DNA of 64,000 nt from an uncultured Candidatus Rokubacteria bacterium (GCA_963747235.1 CAVVEU010000013.1:1-64000); one strand, 5' to 3'; shown: positions 22,611 through 33,909, counted from the stretch's first letter. The notes: generated by a model not told the origin, from the letters alone. Program-made: numbers and translations.

Positions 22611-23172
22611 CGTGATCTCTCCCTCTCTTTCCCGTTCGGCTCGAGCAGTTCGCGCAGGTGCGCGCGGGCGCGGTTGAGCCGCGAGCGCACCGTGCCGATC
22701 GGCAGCTCGAGCGCCTCGGCCACGCTCTGGTACGAGAGCTCCTCCCAGCGAAGAGCAGGAGCGCCTCGCGCTCGTCGTCCGGCAGCGCCTCGATCGCGTC
22801 GGCCACGCGCGGGAACAGCACGCGCGCGTCGAGCGCCGCGGCGCTCGCGCGCCTGTCCGCGACGTCGCCGGCCGCCGCCATCCGGGCGCTCGCGCGCAGC
22901 CGCCGGGCCTCGCCGCGCCGGTGCTTCAGCAACAGGTTCGAGCCGATCCCGTACAGCCACGGGAGCGCGCTCGCGCGCGACGCGTCGAACGTCTTGCGCC
23001 GCTCGAACGCGATCCGGAACAGCTCGCCGAGCAGTCCCTCCGCCACTTCGGCGCCCACCCGGCGGCCCAGGAAGCGGAGCAGGGTGGCCGCGTGGCGGTC
23101 GTAGATCAGCCCGAAGGCCTCGGGCTCGTCCAGCGAGCGGCCGATCACCTCCGCGTCCGAGGGAGAGCTCAT
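22607..23172 (-). CDS. ECF RNA polymerase sigma factor (frameshift)
   Basis: PEAFGLIYDRHA, LPWLYGI, WEELSYQSVAEALELPIGTVRSRLNRAR. Confidence 0.9.
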
Positions 23173-23377
23173 CGTCTGCTCTTTTCCCGATCGCGGGTCG
23201 GGTTCGCGGGGCAGCAAGAATATCTTTGGCCGCGGGAGGAGGGAACGTCGAGCCCAGCCGCGTTCCCGCTCGGAGAGTCTGACGAAAGAGGAATCCTGTC
23301 AAGTAACGTCGGTTGCTGACGTGGTTCACCTCGGTGGATTACTGTGGCAAGCTTCCGTGGGTCGTGAGTATGTAGAC

Positions 23378-24596
23378 ATGGACTCCCTCGGCTCGGCCGC
23401 GCGGGCGCTGGCCGCCGGTGATCCCCTCGGCGCCCTCAATTACGTCGCGCTGCGCGACGACCCGCCGGCCCTGGCCCTGCGCGGCAGCGCCATGGCCCAG
23501 CTGGGCGACTACGACCGGGCACGCACGCTCCTCCGGCGCGCCGCCCGGGCCTTCGGCCCGCGCGACCGCCTCGCCCAGGCGCGCTGCCAGGTCGCCGAGG
23601 CGGAGGTTGCCCTCGTCGCGCGCGACCTGCGCGCGCCGGCGCGCGGGCTCGACGCGACCGCCCGGGCGCTCGATGCGCTGGGCGATCACGCGAACGCGCT
23701 CTTCGCGCGCCTCGTCGGGGCCCGACGGCAGCTCCTCGTCGGCGACCTCGCGGCCGCCGAGCGGATGCTCGCCGCCGTCGACGCCGCCGGGGCGCCGCCG
23801 CCGCTCGCAGCCCGCGCCGAGCTTACCCGCGCCGAGCTCGCGCTCCGTCGCGTCCGGGCCGCGGACGCGGCCGCCGCGATCGAGCGTGCCGACGCCGCCG
23901 CCCACGCCGCCGGCATCCCGGCCCTGATCGCCGAGGTCGACCGGGCCCGGCGTGCCCTGTCGGCGCCCTCGGCGCGTCTGATTCGCGGGGGCGTGGCCCG
24001 CGCGGTCCGTCTCGATGGAGGTCGAGGCCCTGTTCGCGTCCGGCGACCTCGTCGTCGACGCCTGCCGGCGCGCGGTGCGCGGCCCGGGGCGGGCCGTCGC
24101 GCTCAGCGGCCGCCCGGTGCTGTTCGCGCTCGTCGGTGCCCTCGCCGAGGCCTGGCCGGCCGACGTGCCGCGCGATCGCCTCATCGAGCGCGCCTTCGGG
24201 GCGCGCACCGGGGATGAGTCGTACCGTGCCCGGCTCCGCGTCGAGCTGGGCCGCCTGCGAGCCGCCTTGCGCCCGCTCGCTCGGATCGAGGCGACCCGGC
24301 GCGGCTTCGCGCTCGTCCCCGTCGGCGGCCGTGCCGTCGTCGTGCTGGCGCCGCCGATCGACGGTCCCGCCGGCGCCATCCTTGCGCTGCTCGAGGGCGG
24401 CGAGTCCTGGTCGACCTCGGCGCTCGCGGGTGCGCTGGGCTCGAGCCAGCGAACCGTCCAGCGGGCACTGCGGCAGCTCGAGGAAGCGGCGGCGGTGCGC
24501 GCGGTGGGCCGCGGTCGATCCCGCCGCTGGCTTGCGCCGGCGCTGGGCGGATTCGCGACAACCTTGTTACTCCCGGGGGCGCTGCCGATTGGGTAG
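23378..24596 (+). CDS. TPR/helical + winged-HTH regulator typical of DUF899 loci (frameshift)
   Basis: AARALAAGDPLGAL, RARLRVELGRLR, WSTSALAGALGSSQRTVQRAL. Confidence 0.8.
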
Positions 24597-24605
24597 TGTG
24601 GGGCC

Positions 24606-25247
24606 ATGGCAACGACAGGCAAGACCAAGCAGGCAGAGATCCTCCGCGAGTACGGGCCGTATCCCGGCATCGACCATGTTCACGGCGTGACCTTTGACGG
24701 TGCGCACGTCTGGTTCGCCCGCGGGCAGGGCATCGTCGCCGTCGATCCTGACGGTGGCGCGCTGGTCCGCGAGCTGGCCGTGGTCGCCGAGAGCGGCACC
24801 GCCTTCGACGGCACGTACCTCTGGCAGATCGCGCGAGGCCGGATCCAGAAGGTGGATCCGCGCTCGGGCCAGGTGGTCGCCACCATCCCGGCGCCGGCCC
24901 ACGGCGGGGACTCGGGCCTGACCTGGGCCGAGGGGACGCTCTGGGTCGGCGAGTACCGCGCCCGCAAGATCCACCAGATCGACGCCGAGACCGGCGCGAT
25001 CCTGCGCACGATCGAATCGGATCGCTTCGTGACCGGCGTCTCCTGGGTGAACGGCGAGCTCTGGCACGCCACCCTGGAGGACGAGCGCAGCGATCTCCGC
25101 CGCGTCGATCCGGAGACGGGCGAGGTTCTCGATCGGCTCGAGATGCCCGTTGGCATCGTCGTGAGCGGCCTCGAGGCCGACGGCGCCGGGGTCTTCTACT
25201 GCGGCGGGAGCACCAGCGGCAAGGTGCGCGCCGTGCGCAAGCCCTGA
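24606..25247 (+). CDS. Glutamine cyclotransferase-like beta-propeller
   Basis: REYGPYPG, HGVTFDG, GTAFDG, SGLTWAEG, SDRFVTGV. Confidence 0.8.
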   Translation: MATTGKTKQAEILREYGPYPGIDHVHGVTFDGAHVWFARGQGIVAVDPDGGALVRELAVVAESGTAFDGTYLWQIARGRIQKVDPRSGQVVATIPAPAHGGDSGLTWAEGTLWVGEYRARKIHQIDAETGAILRTIESDRFVTGVSWVNGELWHATLEDERSDLRRVDPETGEVLDRLEMPVGIVVSGLEADGAGVFYCGGSTSGKVRAVRKP

Positions 25248-25254
25248 CCGCGCG

Positions 25255-25377
25255 ATGTGTCCAGTATGCCTGGCCACGATGGGTCTCTACATCGCCGGGG
25301 GAGTGTCGGCGGGCGGCATCACGACGTATCTCACCACCAAATTGCTGCGCAGACGACCCGATCGAAGGAGGGAAGCG
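25255..25377 (+). CDS. Short MCPxC hydrophobic peptide, in frame with DUF899 as sequenced
   Basis: MCPVCLATMGLYIAGGVSAGGITTYLTTKLLRRRPDRR. Confidence 0.45.
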
Positions 25378-26135
25378 ATGATGACGAAGCACACGACCGG
25401 CACACGTAAGGAATGGCTCGCGGCGCGGCTCGAGCTGCTCGAGGCGGAGAAGGAGCTGACGCGGCGCAGCGACGAGCTGGCCCGGCGCCGCCAGGGGCTG
25501 CCGTGGGTCCGGATCGACAAGGAGTATCGATTCGAGGTCGACGAGGGGAGCGCCTCGCTGGCAGGCCTCTTCGGGGGCGCTCGCAGCTCCTCGTGTACCA
25601 CTTCATGTTCGGACCCGACTACAAGGCGGGGTGCCCGTCCTGCTCGGCGATCGCGGACGGGTTCAACGGGTTCGCCGTGCACCTGGCCAACCACGACGTG
25701 ATGCTCTCGGCGGTGTCGCGGGCGCCGCTCGCGAAGCTGCAGGCGTACAAGCGGCGGATGGGGTGGACGTTCCCCTGGGCCTCCTCGTCCAGCAGCGACT
25801 TCAACCTCGACTTCACCGCCTCGTTCACCGAGGAGCAACAGCGCGAGGGCGTCGAATACAACTACCGGCGCGAGGCAGCGTTGTCGCCACGCGGCGGTGA
25901 TGGACCCGTCGCCTTCGCGGCCACGACCGGAACCGACGTGGCCACGTATACGCGCGAGCGGCCGGGCATGAGCGCGTTCGCGCTCGAGGACGGCGTGGTC
26001 TACCACACCTATTCGACCTACTCGCGCGGAGTGGATAGCCTCTGGGGCATGTACCAGTGGCTCGACCGCGCTCCCAAGGGGCGCAACGAGACGGGCCTCT
26101 GGTGGCGCCGCCACGACGAGTACAGCAAGGGCTGA
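25378..26135 (+). CDS. DUF899 thioredoxin-like protein (frameshift)
   Basis: WLAARLELLEAEKELT, YHFMFGP, GCPSCS, WLDRAPKGRNE, WWRRHDEY. Confidence 0.9.
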
Positions 26136-26153
26136 GGGAGGCGGGCTCGACGA

Positions 26154-26378
26154 CTAGATCGAGCGCGGATGCTGCGGTCGCGCGGCCTGCTCTCGGCGGC
26201 GGTAGTCGTCCCGACTTTCGATCGTGACGACGTGCGCGCCCTTCTCGCGCTGATGCTCCGCCGCGAGTCGGTGCGCGTCCACGTCGGTCTCGGTGAAGCC
26301 GCGCCAGCGGCCACAGCTGCATGTCAGCCGCCAGCGGTCCGTGCTGCTCGACTTGGTTAGCCGCCAGCGGTCCGCCAT
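26154..26378 (-). CDS. Small putative Cys/His metal-binding protein
   Basis: MADRWRLTKSSSTDRWRLTCSCGRW...AAEHQREKGAH. Confidence 0.5.
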   Translation of the reverse strand: MADRWRLTKSSSTDRWRLTCSCGRWRGFTETDVDAHRLAAEHQREKGAHVVTIESRDDYRRREQAARPQHPRSI

Positions 26379-26499
26379 GTGGATCACGGTGGACCGGCCC
26401 CCCAGGCCGTGTCTAGTAAAGATCCTGTAAAGAAGAGACCCCGTCGGTCCGTGGTTGACAAGCACGCGGCCGTTACCCAGTATCGCCCTGCACGCCCCC

Positions 26500-27509
26500 A
26501 TGGCCGCCCCTTCGCCCGTTCCCCACGCCACCGACATCGCCGAGATCGGGCGCACCGGCGTGCGCGTCTCGCGGCTGGGACTGGGCGGCGTGGCGCTCTC
26601 CGGCGCGCCGCCCGCCACTGACCCGCAGCGCCCCACGCCGGAGGACGAGGGCGTGGCGCTCATCCGCCGGAGCCTCGCGCTCGGGCTGACGTATCTCGAC
26701 ACCGCGCCGATGTACGGGGTCGGCCAGAGCGAGGCGCGCTACGGTCGGGCGCTGCGCGGGGTGCCACGGGACCGCTTCGTGCTGTCGACCAAGGTGGGGC
26801 GCGTGCTGCGGCCCGGTGCGCCCGGCGAGCAACCGACCTGGGCCTTCGACTTCAGCGCGGCCGGGGTGCGCGCCTCGTTCGAGTCCTCGCTGGAGCGCCT
26901 GGGACTCGAGCGCGTGGACATCCTCTTCGTTCACGATCCGGACGACCACCACGCCCAGGCCGTGGCGGAGGCGTTCCCGGTGCTGATGGAGCTGCGCGCG
27001 CAGGGGCGGGTGAAGGCCATCGGCGCCGGGATGAACCAGTGGCAGATGGAGCTGGACTTCGCGCGGCGCGGCTTCTGTGACTGCTTCCTGCTCGCCGGGC
27101 GCTACACGTTGCTCGACCAGAGCGCGCTGCCGGAGTTCCTGCCGTACTGCCTGGAGCACGGGATCGCGGTGGTGGCGGGCGGCCCCTACAACAGCGGGAT
27201 CCTCGCGGTGGGCCCGCGCGAGGGCGCGACGTACAACTACCGTCCGGCCGACGCGGCGATGATGGACAAGGCCCGGCGCATCGCGCGCCGTGTGCGCGCG
27301 CCACGGCGTGGACCTGCGCGCGGCCGCGCTCCAGTTCGTGCTCGCCCACCCGGCCGATCGTCTCGGTGATCCCCGGCGCGCGCTCGATCGCCGAGGTCGA
27401 GGAGAACGTGGCCCTGCTCGAGCGTCCCATCCCGGCCGGGCTGTGGGCGGACCTCAAGGACGCCGGGCTCCTCGATCCCGCCGCGCCCACGCCCGGCTCG
27501 GAGCCCTAG
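26500..27509 (+). CDS. Aldo/keto reductase (D-threo-aldose dehydrogenase-like), frameshifted
   Basis: LDTAPMYG, LSTKVGR, VHDPD, LAGRYTLL, GPYNSGIL. Confidence 0.9.
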
Positions 27510-27555
27510 CCCCTCTTGCTCCCCGTGCCATGCTGGACGGAGGAGGAGAGCGACG

Positions 27556-27960
27556 ATGAGGATGCGACAGCTGGCGTTCGGCGTGATCGCGATCACGGTG
27601 GCCGCGTGTGCTCCCACGCTGCCGCCCAACCGCGTGGCGGTGAGCGACTTCCGGAGCCTGGCCGGGACGTACACGGGCACCATGAACGAGGCGAGCGAGC
27701 TCAACCGCGCGGTCCGGCTCGTGCTGGAGCCCAACGGCTCGTTCGAGCTCGTCGTCGGCGACCCCAAGGGCTTCCGGACGGTCGGGCAGATGGCGCTGGT
27801 CTCGGACGGCTCCCTCACCTATCAGTACAACGAGATGCTGGGCCAGGGGCGGGTCGCCACCGGCCAGGGGTGGGTCCACGAGGGTGACGGGCGGCGCGCG
27901 ATCGTCCTGACGCGCAGCGACGGCTCGACGAAGACGACGGTGGCCAAGACGCTGCCCTGA
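27556..27960 (+). CDS. Lipoprotein of unknown function
   Basis: GGAG RBS, lipobox VAAC, LAGTYTG. Confidence 0.7.
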   Translation: MRMRQLAFGVIAITVAACAPTLPPNRVAVSDFRSLAGTYTGTMNEASELNRAVRLVLEPNGSFELVVGDPKGFRTVGQMALVSDGSLTYQYNEMLGQGRVATGQGWVHEGDGRRAIVLTRSDGSTKTTVAKTLP

Positions 27961-28005
27961 CACGCGCGACACGCTGACGGCCCCGTGAAGCAGGACCGGG
28001 TCGAG

Positions 28006-29286
28006 CTACGCGAGCACGCCGGGATAGCCGGCCGGCTTGGCCGTGAAGCCGGGGAACAGCGGCGCCGCGGCGGGCACGCGCAGGTGGCGCTGGGCGACCT
28101 CGGCGAAGAGGTGGCGGAAGTCGGTGGTGACGGCGAGGTCGCGGCCCTCGAAGAGCTGATCGCGCTGGAGCCCGGGCCAGCGCCCGAGCACCTGGCCGCC
28201 GCGGACGGGTCCGCCCAGGACCAGCATGGCCGTCGCGTGGCCGTGATCGGTGCCGCGATTGCCGTTCTCGCGAACCTCGCGGCCGAACTCGGACATGGTG
28301 AGCACCACCACATCCTCCATCCGATCCCCGAGGTCGCGCTCGAGCGCGGCGAGCCCCTGGCCGAGATCGGTGAGACGGTTGGCCAGCGGGCCGCGCTCGT
28401 TGCCCTGGCCGACATGCGTGTCCCAGCCGCCGGTGTCGGCGAAGGCCACCTCCACGCCCACGTCGGCCCGGACGAGCTGGGCGATCTGCTTGAGGCTCTC
28501 GCCGAAGCGGCCGCGCGGATACTGGGCGCCGTTGGCGGGCGCGAGGCGCTGCGGGCTGACCGCCGCGCAGCATCTTCACCGCCTCGAAGGTCTCGCGGCC
28601 GGTCCCGTAGATGAGGTCGCGCACGCCCTGCTCGTACATGGACTCGAAGCCGCGGCGCGGGTCGACCGCGCCCGGCATGGCCGCGGGCATCGGCCTTCAC
28701 GTCGAACTCCCCGATGCTCCCCATCGCGACCGCTCCCGCCTCTCCGCGGAGAATGCGCGGGAGCTGCGGGCCCATCGAGACGGCCCGGAGGGGCGAGCCG
28801 CCACCGCGCGGCATGGCCTGCACGCCGCGGGCGAGCCAGCCGTCCGGCGGTGGCCTTCACGCCGGGCGTGCCGGACTCCATGTAGTCCTGCGCGTCGAAG
28901 TGCGACCGGGTGGTGTCCGGCGATCCGCAGGCGTGCACCACCGCGAGGCGCCGCGCATCCCAGAGCGGCTTGAGCGGTGACGAGCGCGGGGTGGAAGCCG
29001 AAGAAGCCATCGAGATCGACGGCGGCGTCGGCGCGCCCGGCCGCGGGCCGCGCGATGGCGGTGCTGCTGCGCGGCGGCGTAGTAGTCGGCATCGCCGTGC
29101 GGCACCACCATGCTGAGCCCATCCACCGCGCCCCGCTGGAATACCGCGATCAGCACCTTGGGCCGGCTCGCCGGCGCCTGGGCGTGGGCGGCGCGAACGA
29201 GGAACTGGGGGATGCCGGCCAGGCCGGCGCCGAAGAGCGCCGAGCGCGCCCGACTTCATGAACGCCCGCCGCGTGCAGGAATGCAT
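28006..29286 (-). CDS. DUF1501 family Tat-exported protein (frameshifts)
   Basis: TRRAFMK, FQRGAVDGL, RSHFDAQ, GGWDTH, SEFGR, GTDHG. Confidence 0.9.
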
Positions 29287-29287
29287 G

Positions 29288-30989
29288 CTATCTCCTCTGG
29301 AATTCGGGTGAGCCCAGCACCAGCGCCGCGAGCTTCTCCACGTCGGTGTTTCGCGGCCCGCGGTCGTCGGCGGTGGCGCGCACGATCTCCGGGCTGTCGA
29401 GCTGCGAGCCGAGCACCTCGCGAGTCCTCGGCGAGACGTCGCCGTGAAGGACCACGGCGATGATGCGGTCGAGCACCGCGGCGGGCCGCGCGCGATCGAC
29501 CGCGCCGAGGGAGCGCGCCAGGTCCACGCGGACTCCGGGCAGCCGATTCTGGGACAGCGCCAGGGCGAAGTTCATCCGGGCCAGCAAGGCGCCGGTGTTC
29601 ACCCAGGCCCCCGCCACGTCCGGATAGCCGGTGGGAGGCTGGGCCTCGTAGAGCGGCGCGCCGAGCCTCGCCACCTGCCGGGCCAGGACGAGGCCGCCGC
29701 GCACGGGTCCGCCGGGCGGAGCGGGCGCTTCGATCTGCCCGTCGAGGGCGCGCACGCCGCTCGCCACGACCTCGAGCGGCGTCTTCGTCTTCGCCTGGTA
29801 CGCCTCGGCCGCCATGAACTCCGGCGAGCTGAAGATCGTCACGAGGAGCGCGCGGATGTCGCCGTCGGTGTCGCGGAAGACCGTCGCCACCCGGTCCACG
29901 AGGGCCGGCGGCGGGTCGTCGGCCACGAAGCGGCGGACGAGCTTGGTGGACACGAAGCGGGCGGTCGACGGGGTGCCGGGTCAGGAGGGTCGATCACCGC
30001 CATGCCGTCCTCCTTCCCGCCACCCGCCGGGATCACGGTCCCGAGCACGCGCTTCTCGCCCCGGTCATGGCGCCCGGGACGGAACAGGAAGCCACCGCCC
30101 AGCTGCGGCTGGTCGATGGTCCAGCCCGTGAAGCAGCGGGCGACCTCCACCACGTCCTGCTGCGTGTAGCCCCCGTCCACGCCCAGCGTGTGAAGCTCCA
30201 TCAGCTCGCGGGCGTAGTTCTCGTTGAGCCCGCGCCGGCCGCCGCCGGACCCGGAATCGACCAGGTCCTGGCGCGTGCTCCGCCAGTTGTCCAGGTAGAA
30301 GAGCATCGCCGGGTGCTGGGCGGTCGCCACCACGAGGTCGCGGAAGCGCCCGAGCGCGTGCGGCCGGATGGCCTCCCGCTCGTACGCGGGCGTCATCCAC
30401 CGCGTCGCGGCCTTCTGGATGTACACGTTGAAGTGGTTGAACCAGAAGTCGACCATCACTTCCTGGAGCTGGCGCTCGGACACGATGGCGCGGGTGACCT
30501 TGGCGGTCTGGAGCTGCGCGGCGATGGTGGAGATTCGCCGCTCCGGGGGAAAGGTCTCGCGCAGCTCCTGCGGCGTCATCTGGCCGGACTCGAATCGCTG
30601 CACGTCCTGGGGACGGGGCGGGGGAAAGTCGCGATAGAGCTCGGCCGCGCTCATGGCGAGCACGGGGAAGGCTCCCAGCATTGCCTCCAGCGACTGGTCC
30701 GCGATGCGCTCGGGCTCGAGCTGGCGCTCGATCCAGGCGTTGAGCCCCTGCCGCTTCACGCGCTCGACGTCACCGGGCCGGGGCCCATAGCCCAGGCGGT
30801 TGAGCACGTGGACGATCTGCTGCTGCTCCGAGAAGCGGCGATCGGGCGAGGGTGACGCGGTAGCGAGGCGGAGGCTCGGGAGCGGCCGCCGGCGGCGGGT
30901 GCGGGCCGCCCGGTGGAGCAGCCGGCCAGCAGCTCCAGGGTCAGGACGGTCAGAAGGGCGAGGGCACCCTGACCTCGAAGTCGTCGCAT
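29288..30989 (-). CDS. DUF1800 family lipoprotein (frameshifts)
   Basis: LNRLGYGP, FWFNHFNV, PAMLFYLDN, NENYARELMELHTLG, SPEFQRR. Confidence 0.9.
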
Positions 30990-31086
30990 CCGAGAGGCTC
31001 CTTTGGGGGGTGTGACGCGCCTCTGTATCTTACTGTTTACACCCGCTGTTGTTCTACCCGCCGTGCTGCCGGCGGCGTCCGGGAGC

Positions 31087-31993
31087 CTAGCGGTTCGACG
31101 TGGACGGCTCGTAGGCGCCGGCCCGCTCGTCGCGACGGGTCGGCGCGAGCTCGGTGGCCGGGTCGCCCGCGACGCGGGTGTGACGCATGACGCGCGCTTC
31201 GGAGTAGTCGTACGGCCGAGCCCGATGCAGCACGCAGCGATTGTCCCAGATGACCACGTCGCCCGGCTGCCACCGATGGGCATACGTCCGGGGCGGGCGA
31301 CAGGCGAAGTCGACGAGGTCGGACAGGAGCTGTCTCCGACTCCGCCTCGTCGAGGCCCGGAATGGCGTGGGCGTGGCGGCCGATGAACAGGGCGGGGCGC
31401 CGCGTGACGGGATGAATCTTCACCAGCGGCCGCAGCGGCGCGCCCTTCGTATGAAACCCATAGCCGGCCCCTGGCTGAACCACGTGGCCGATCTGGGCCT
31501 GGGAGTGATAGAGCGAGTGGTGCGCCGAGAGCGGCGCGATACGCTGCCGCGTGTCCTCGTCCAGCGCGTCGTAGGCGGCGCGCATGTCGGCCCACTCGGT
31601 CTCGCCGGCCGCCGAAGGCACCACCTGCGCCGAGAGCACCGACGCCTTGGCCGCCAGGGGCATGTACGAGCTGTCGGTATGCCAGCCCTCATTGCCGCGC
31701 AGCGACTTGAAGCGATGCTCGTCGGCGCCCAGGATCGTTCCATCGGGCTTCCGATTGCTGATGGGCACCGCCTTCTGCGCGGGGTCCGGAGCCAGGATCT
31801 CGATGTCGCCGAAGCGATTCGCGAAGGCCACCTGTTCCTCTTCCGTCAAGTGCTGCCCCGGGAACACCAGGACCCCATGCTCGTGGAACGCCTGCTCCAC
31901 GGTCTTCCAGGTCGAGGTGTCCATCCGGGCGAGCTCGAGGTCGGTGACTACGGCGCCCAGCGTGGCGGCGATCGGCGCGACTCTTGGCTCCAT
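31087..31993 (-). CDS. TauD/TfdA Fe(II)/2-oxoglutarate dioxygenase (frameshift)
   Basis: EHGVLVFPGQ, WHTDSSY, TEWADMRAAY, VIWDNRCVLH. Confidence 0.9.
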
Positions 31994-32069
31994 GGGATCC
32001 CTCCTGGTCTGGCAGGATGCGTCCAGGGGCAGGGTGGAGTCAAGAGCGTGGGTCGCGTCACGTCCCCCG
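31910..32069. repeat. Copy 1 of a ~160-bp direct repeat (tauD 5' end plus upstream region)
   Basis: Aligns to 33735-33897 at roughly 90% identity by eye. Confidence 0.9.
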
Positions 32070-32212
32070 CAGGTTACTTGTTGACAGTGATTCAGCAGGG
32101 CAGGTAACCTGCGGCCCGGTTTGTCCTCTTCGACCTTGATGCATGCTCGGTAGCCGTCGTCCGCGGGCGTACGTGTTGGCCCTCGCTCTGGTGATGTGGG
32201 GGCGACACGGGC

Positions 32213-33679
32213 TTGGCTGAGGCCGACGGGTCCCCGGAGGTCCCCACCGAGGCGGGAATTCCAGCCGCGACCGTCGGCCGTGAAGTCGCGCCGGTCAGGG
32301 TTCGGGGTGTCGTCACGTTGTGGTATTTCCTTCGAATGCTGAACGACCCGATCAGTTGCGTCCGTTCCGTCTTCGCGCGCTACGGGTCGTTGGTAGCCTT
32401 CGAGTCGTTTGCCCTCCATCAGCGCGGGGACACCGTGCTCGCGGTCGGGGCCGAGTTCAACAAGGCCGTGCTCGGCGACGTCACAACATGGCGCACCGGA
32501 CCATTGCCGGTATCCGGGCCGAAGGGCTCGGCCCTGGATCGGCTGGGCCAGAATGTCGTGAGCCTGAACGGACCGCGGCAGACGTACTACCGGAAGCTTC
32601 TGTCGCAACCGATCCGCAGCTCGCGCATGGCCCAGATGGGAGACGATATGGGCCAGTTCGTGGCGCACGCAGTAGCGTCGTGGCCGCAAGGGGTGGTCGA
32701 TCTCTGGCCGTTGAGCAAGGATCTCGTGCGGTCGGTCGCGGTGGCGATGTTGTTTGGAGGGGATCAGGGGCGAGGCGGCGCTCTGGCCGAGTTGAGCGAG
32801 CACCTCATGGTCGAGAGCAAGACTCGCAAGGTCTACCTTTGCCGCGCCGGCTTCCCGGGGAGAGCCTTCGAGAAACTCTTGCGTCGTGCGGAGCAGGTCG
32901 AGCGTTGCGCGCTGGAGTTCGCGGAAACCAAGCGGGGCGTACTGAATGAACGGGACATGCTATCCGTTCTGGTCAATTCGCCGGACGAGACCGGTGCCGC
33001 GCCGAGCCCAGACGTCGTGGCCGGCCATATCCCGATCTTGTTCGGGGCGACTCACGAGACCTGCCAGACGGCACTGGCCTGGACCCTTTTTCTGATTGCG
33101 CAGCATCCGGACGTTGCGCGCGATCTCGCGGACGAGATCGCGGGGGCGCTGGCAGGAGCCCCGCCGACCCTGTCGCGGGTCGCCCACCTGCCGTTCCTCG
33201 ACGCCGTCGTGAAGGAGAGCATGCGGATATTGCCGCCGGTGCCGAACCTCGCGCGGGGCGCGTCGCAGTCGACCCGTCTCGGTGGGTATGACGTGACCCC
33301 GGGCACCTGGATTGTTCTGAGCTCATTCCTGACGAACCGGGCGCCAGAGCTGTATGAGAATCCGGCTCGCTTCAAGCCCGAGCGCTGGTCGCGCATCAAC
33401 CCTTCCTGGTTTGAGTACATGGCGTTCAGTGGAGGGCCGCGCGTGTGCCCGGGCTCTTCGTTCGGCACGGCGGTAGTGAAGGTATCGATCGCTGCGATCT
33501 TGTCGCGTTTCTGTATCAGTATCGTCCCGGGGGCCCGGATCGATCACCGGGTTGCGGTCACGATGGCGCCGCGCGGGCTACCGGTCGTGCTGCACGCGCC
33601 CGACCGGGGATGGACGGCGTCGCCGGTGACGGGTCAAGTCTGCGATATGGTCGAGCTGAGCTCCTCGCGGGTTCACTAA
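32213..33679 (+). CDS. Cytochrome P450
   Basis: GATHET I-helix, KESMR, FKPERW, FSGGPRVCPG heme motif; start uncertain. Confidence 0.92.
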   Translation: MAEADGSPEVPTEAGIPAATVGREVAPVRVRGVVTLWYFLRMLNDPISCVRSVFARYGSLVAFESFALHQRGDTVLAVGAEFNKAVLGDVTTWRTGPLPVSGPKGSALDRLGQNVVSLNGPRQTYYRKLLSQPIRSSRMAQMGDDMGQFVAHAVASWPQGVVDLWPLSKDLVRSVAVAMLFGGDQGRGGALAELSEHLMVESKTRKVYLCRAGFPGRAFEKLLRRAEQVERCALEFAETKRGVLNERDMLSVLVNSPDETGAAPSPDVVAGHIPILFGATHETCQTALAWTLFLIAQHPDVARDLADEIAGALAGAPPTLSRVAHLPFLDAVVKESMRILPPVPNLARGASQSTRLGGYDVTPGTWIVLSSFLTNRAPELYENPARFKPERWSRINPSWFEYMAFSGGPRVCPGSSFGTAVVKVSIAAILSRFCISIVPGARIDHRVAVTMAPRGLPVVLHAPDRGWTASPVTGQVCDMVELSSSRVH

Positions 33680-33734
33680 GCACCTCAGGCGCTGGAGGGT
33701 GCAGGCCTCGCCTAGCTGTCCAGCGCGGCTTCGG

Positions 33735-33897
33735 GGTCGAGGTGTCCGTCCGGCCGAGCTCGAGGTCGGTGACTACGGCGCCCAGCGTGGCGGCGATCGG
33801 GGCGACTCTTGGCTCCATGGGATGATCCCTCCTGGTCTGGCAGGATTCGTCCAGGGGGAGGACGGAGTCAAGAGCGTGAGCGTCGTCACATCCCCCG
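33735..33897 (-). pseudogene. Copy 2 of the repeat: truncated tauD 5' fragment with upstream region
   Basis: MEPRVAPIAATLGAVVTDLELGRTDTST, then homology ends. Confidence 0.85.
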
Positions 33898-33909
33898 GAG
33901 CCGCGGGAC

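Noticed and set aside
32067-32114. Inverted repeat as an integron attC site
   Set aside because: The GTT/AAC cores are in the wrong order, and there is no integron integrase or cassette array.
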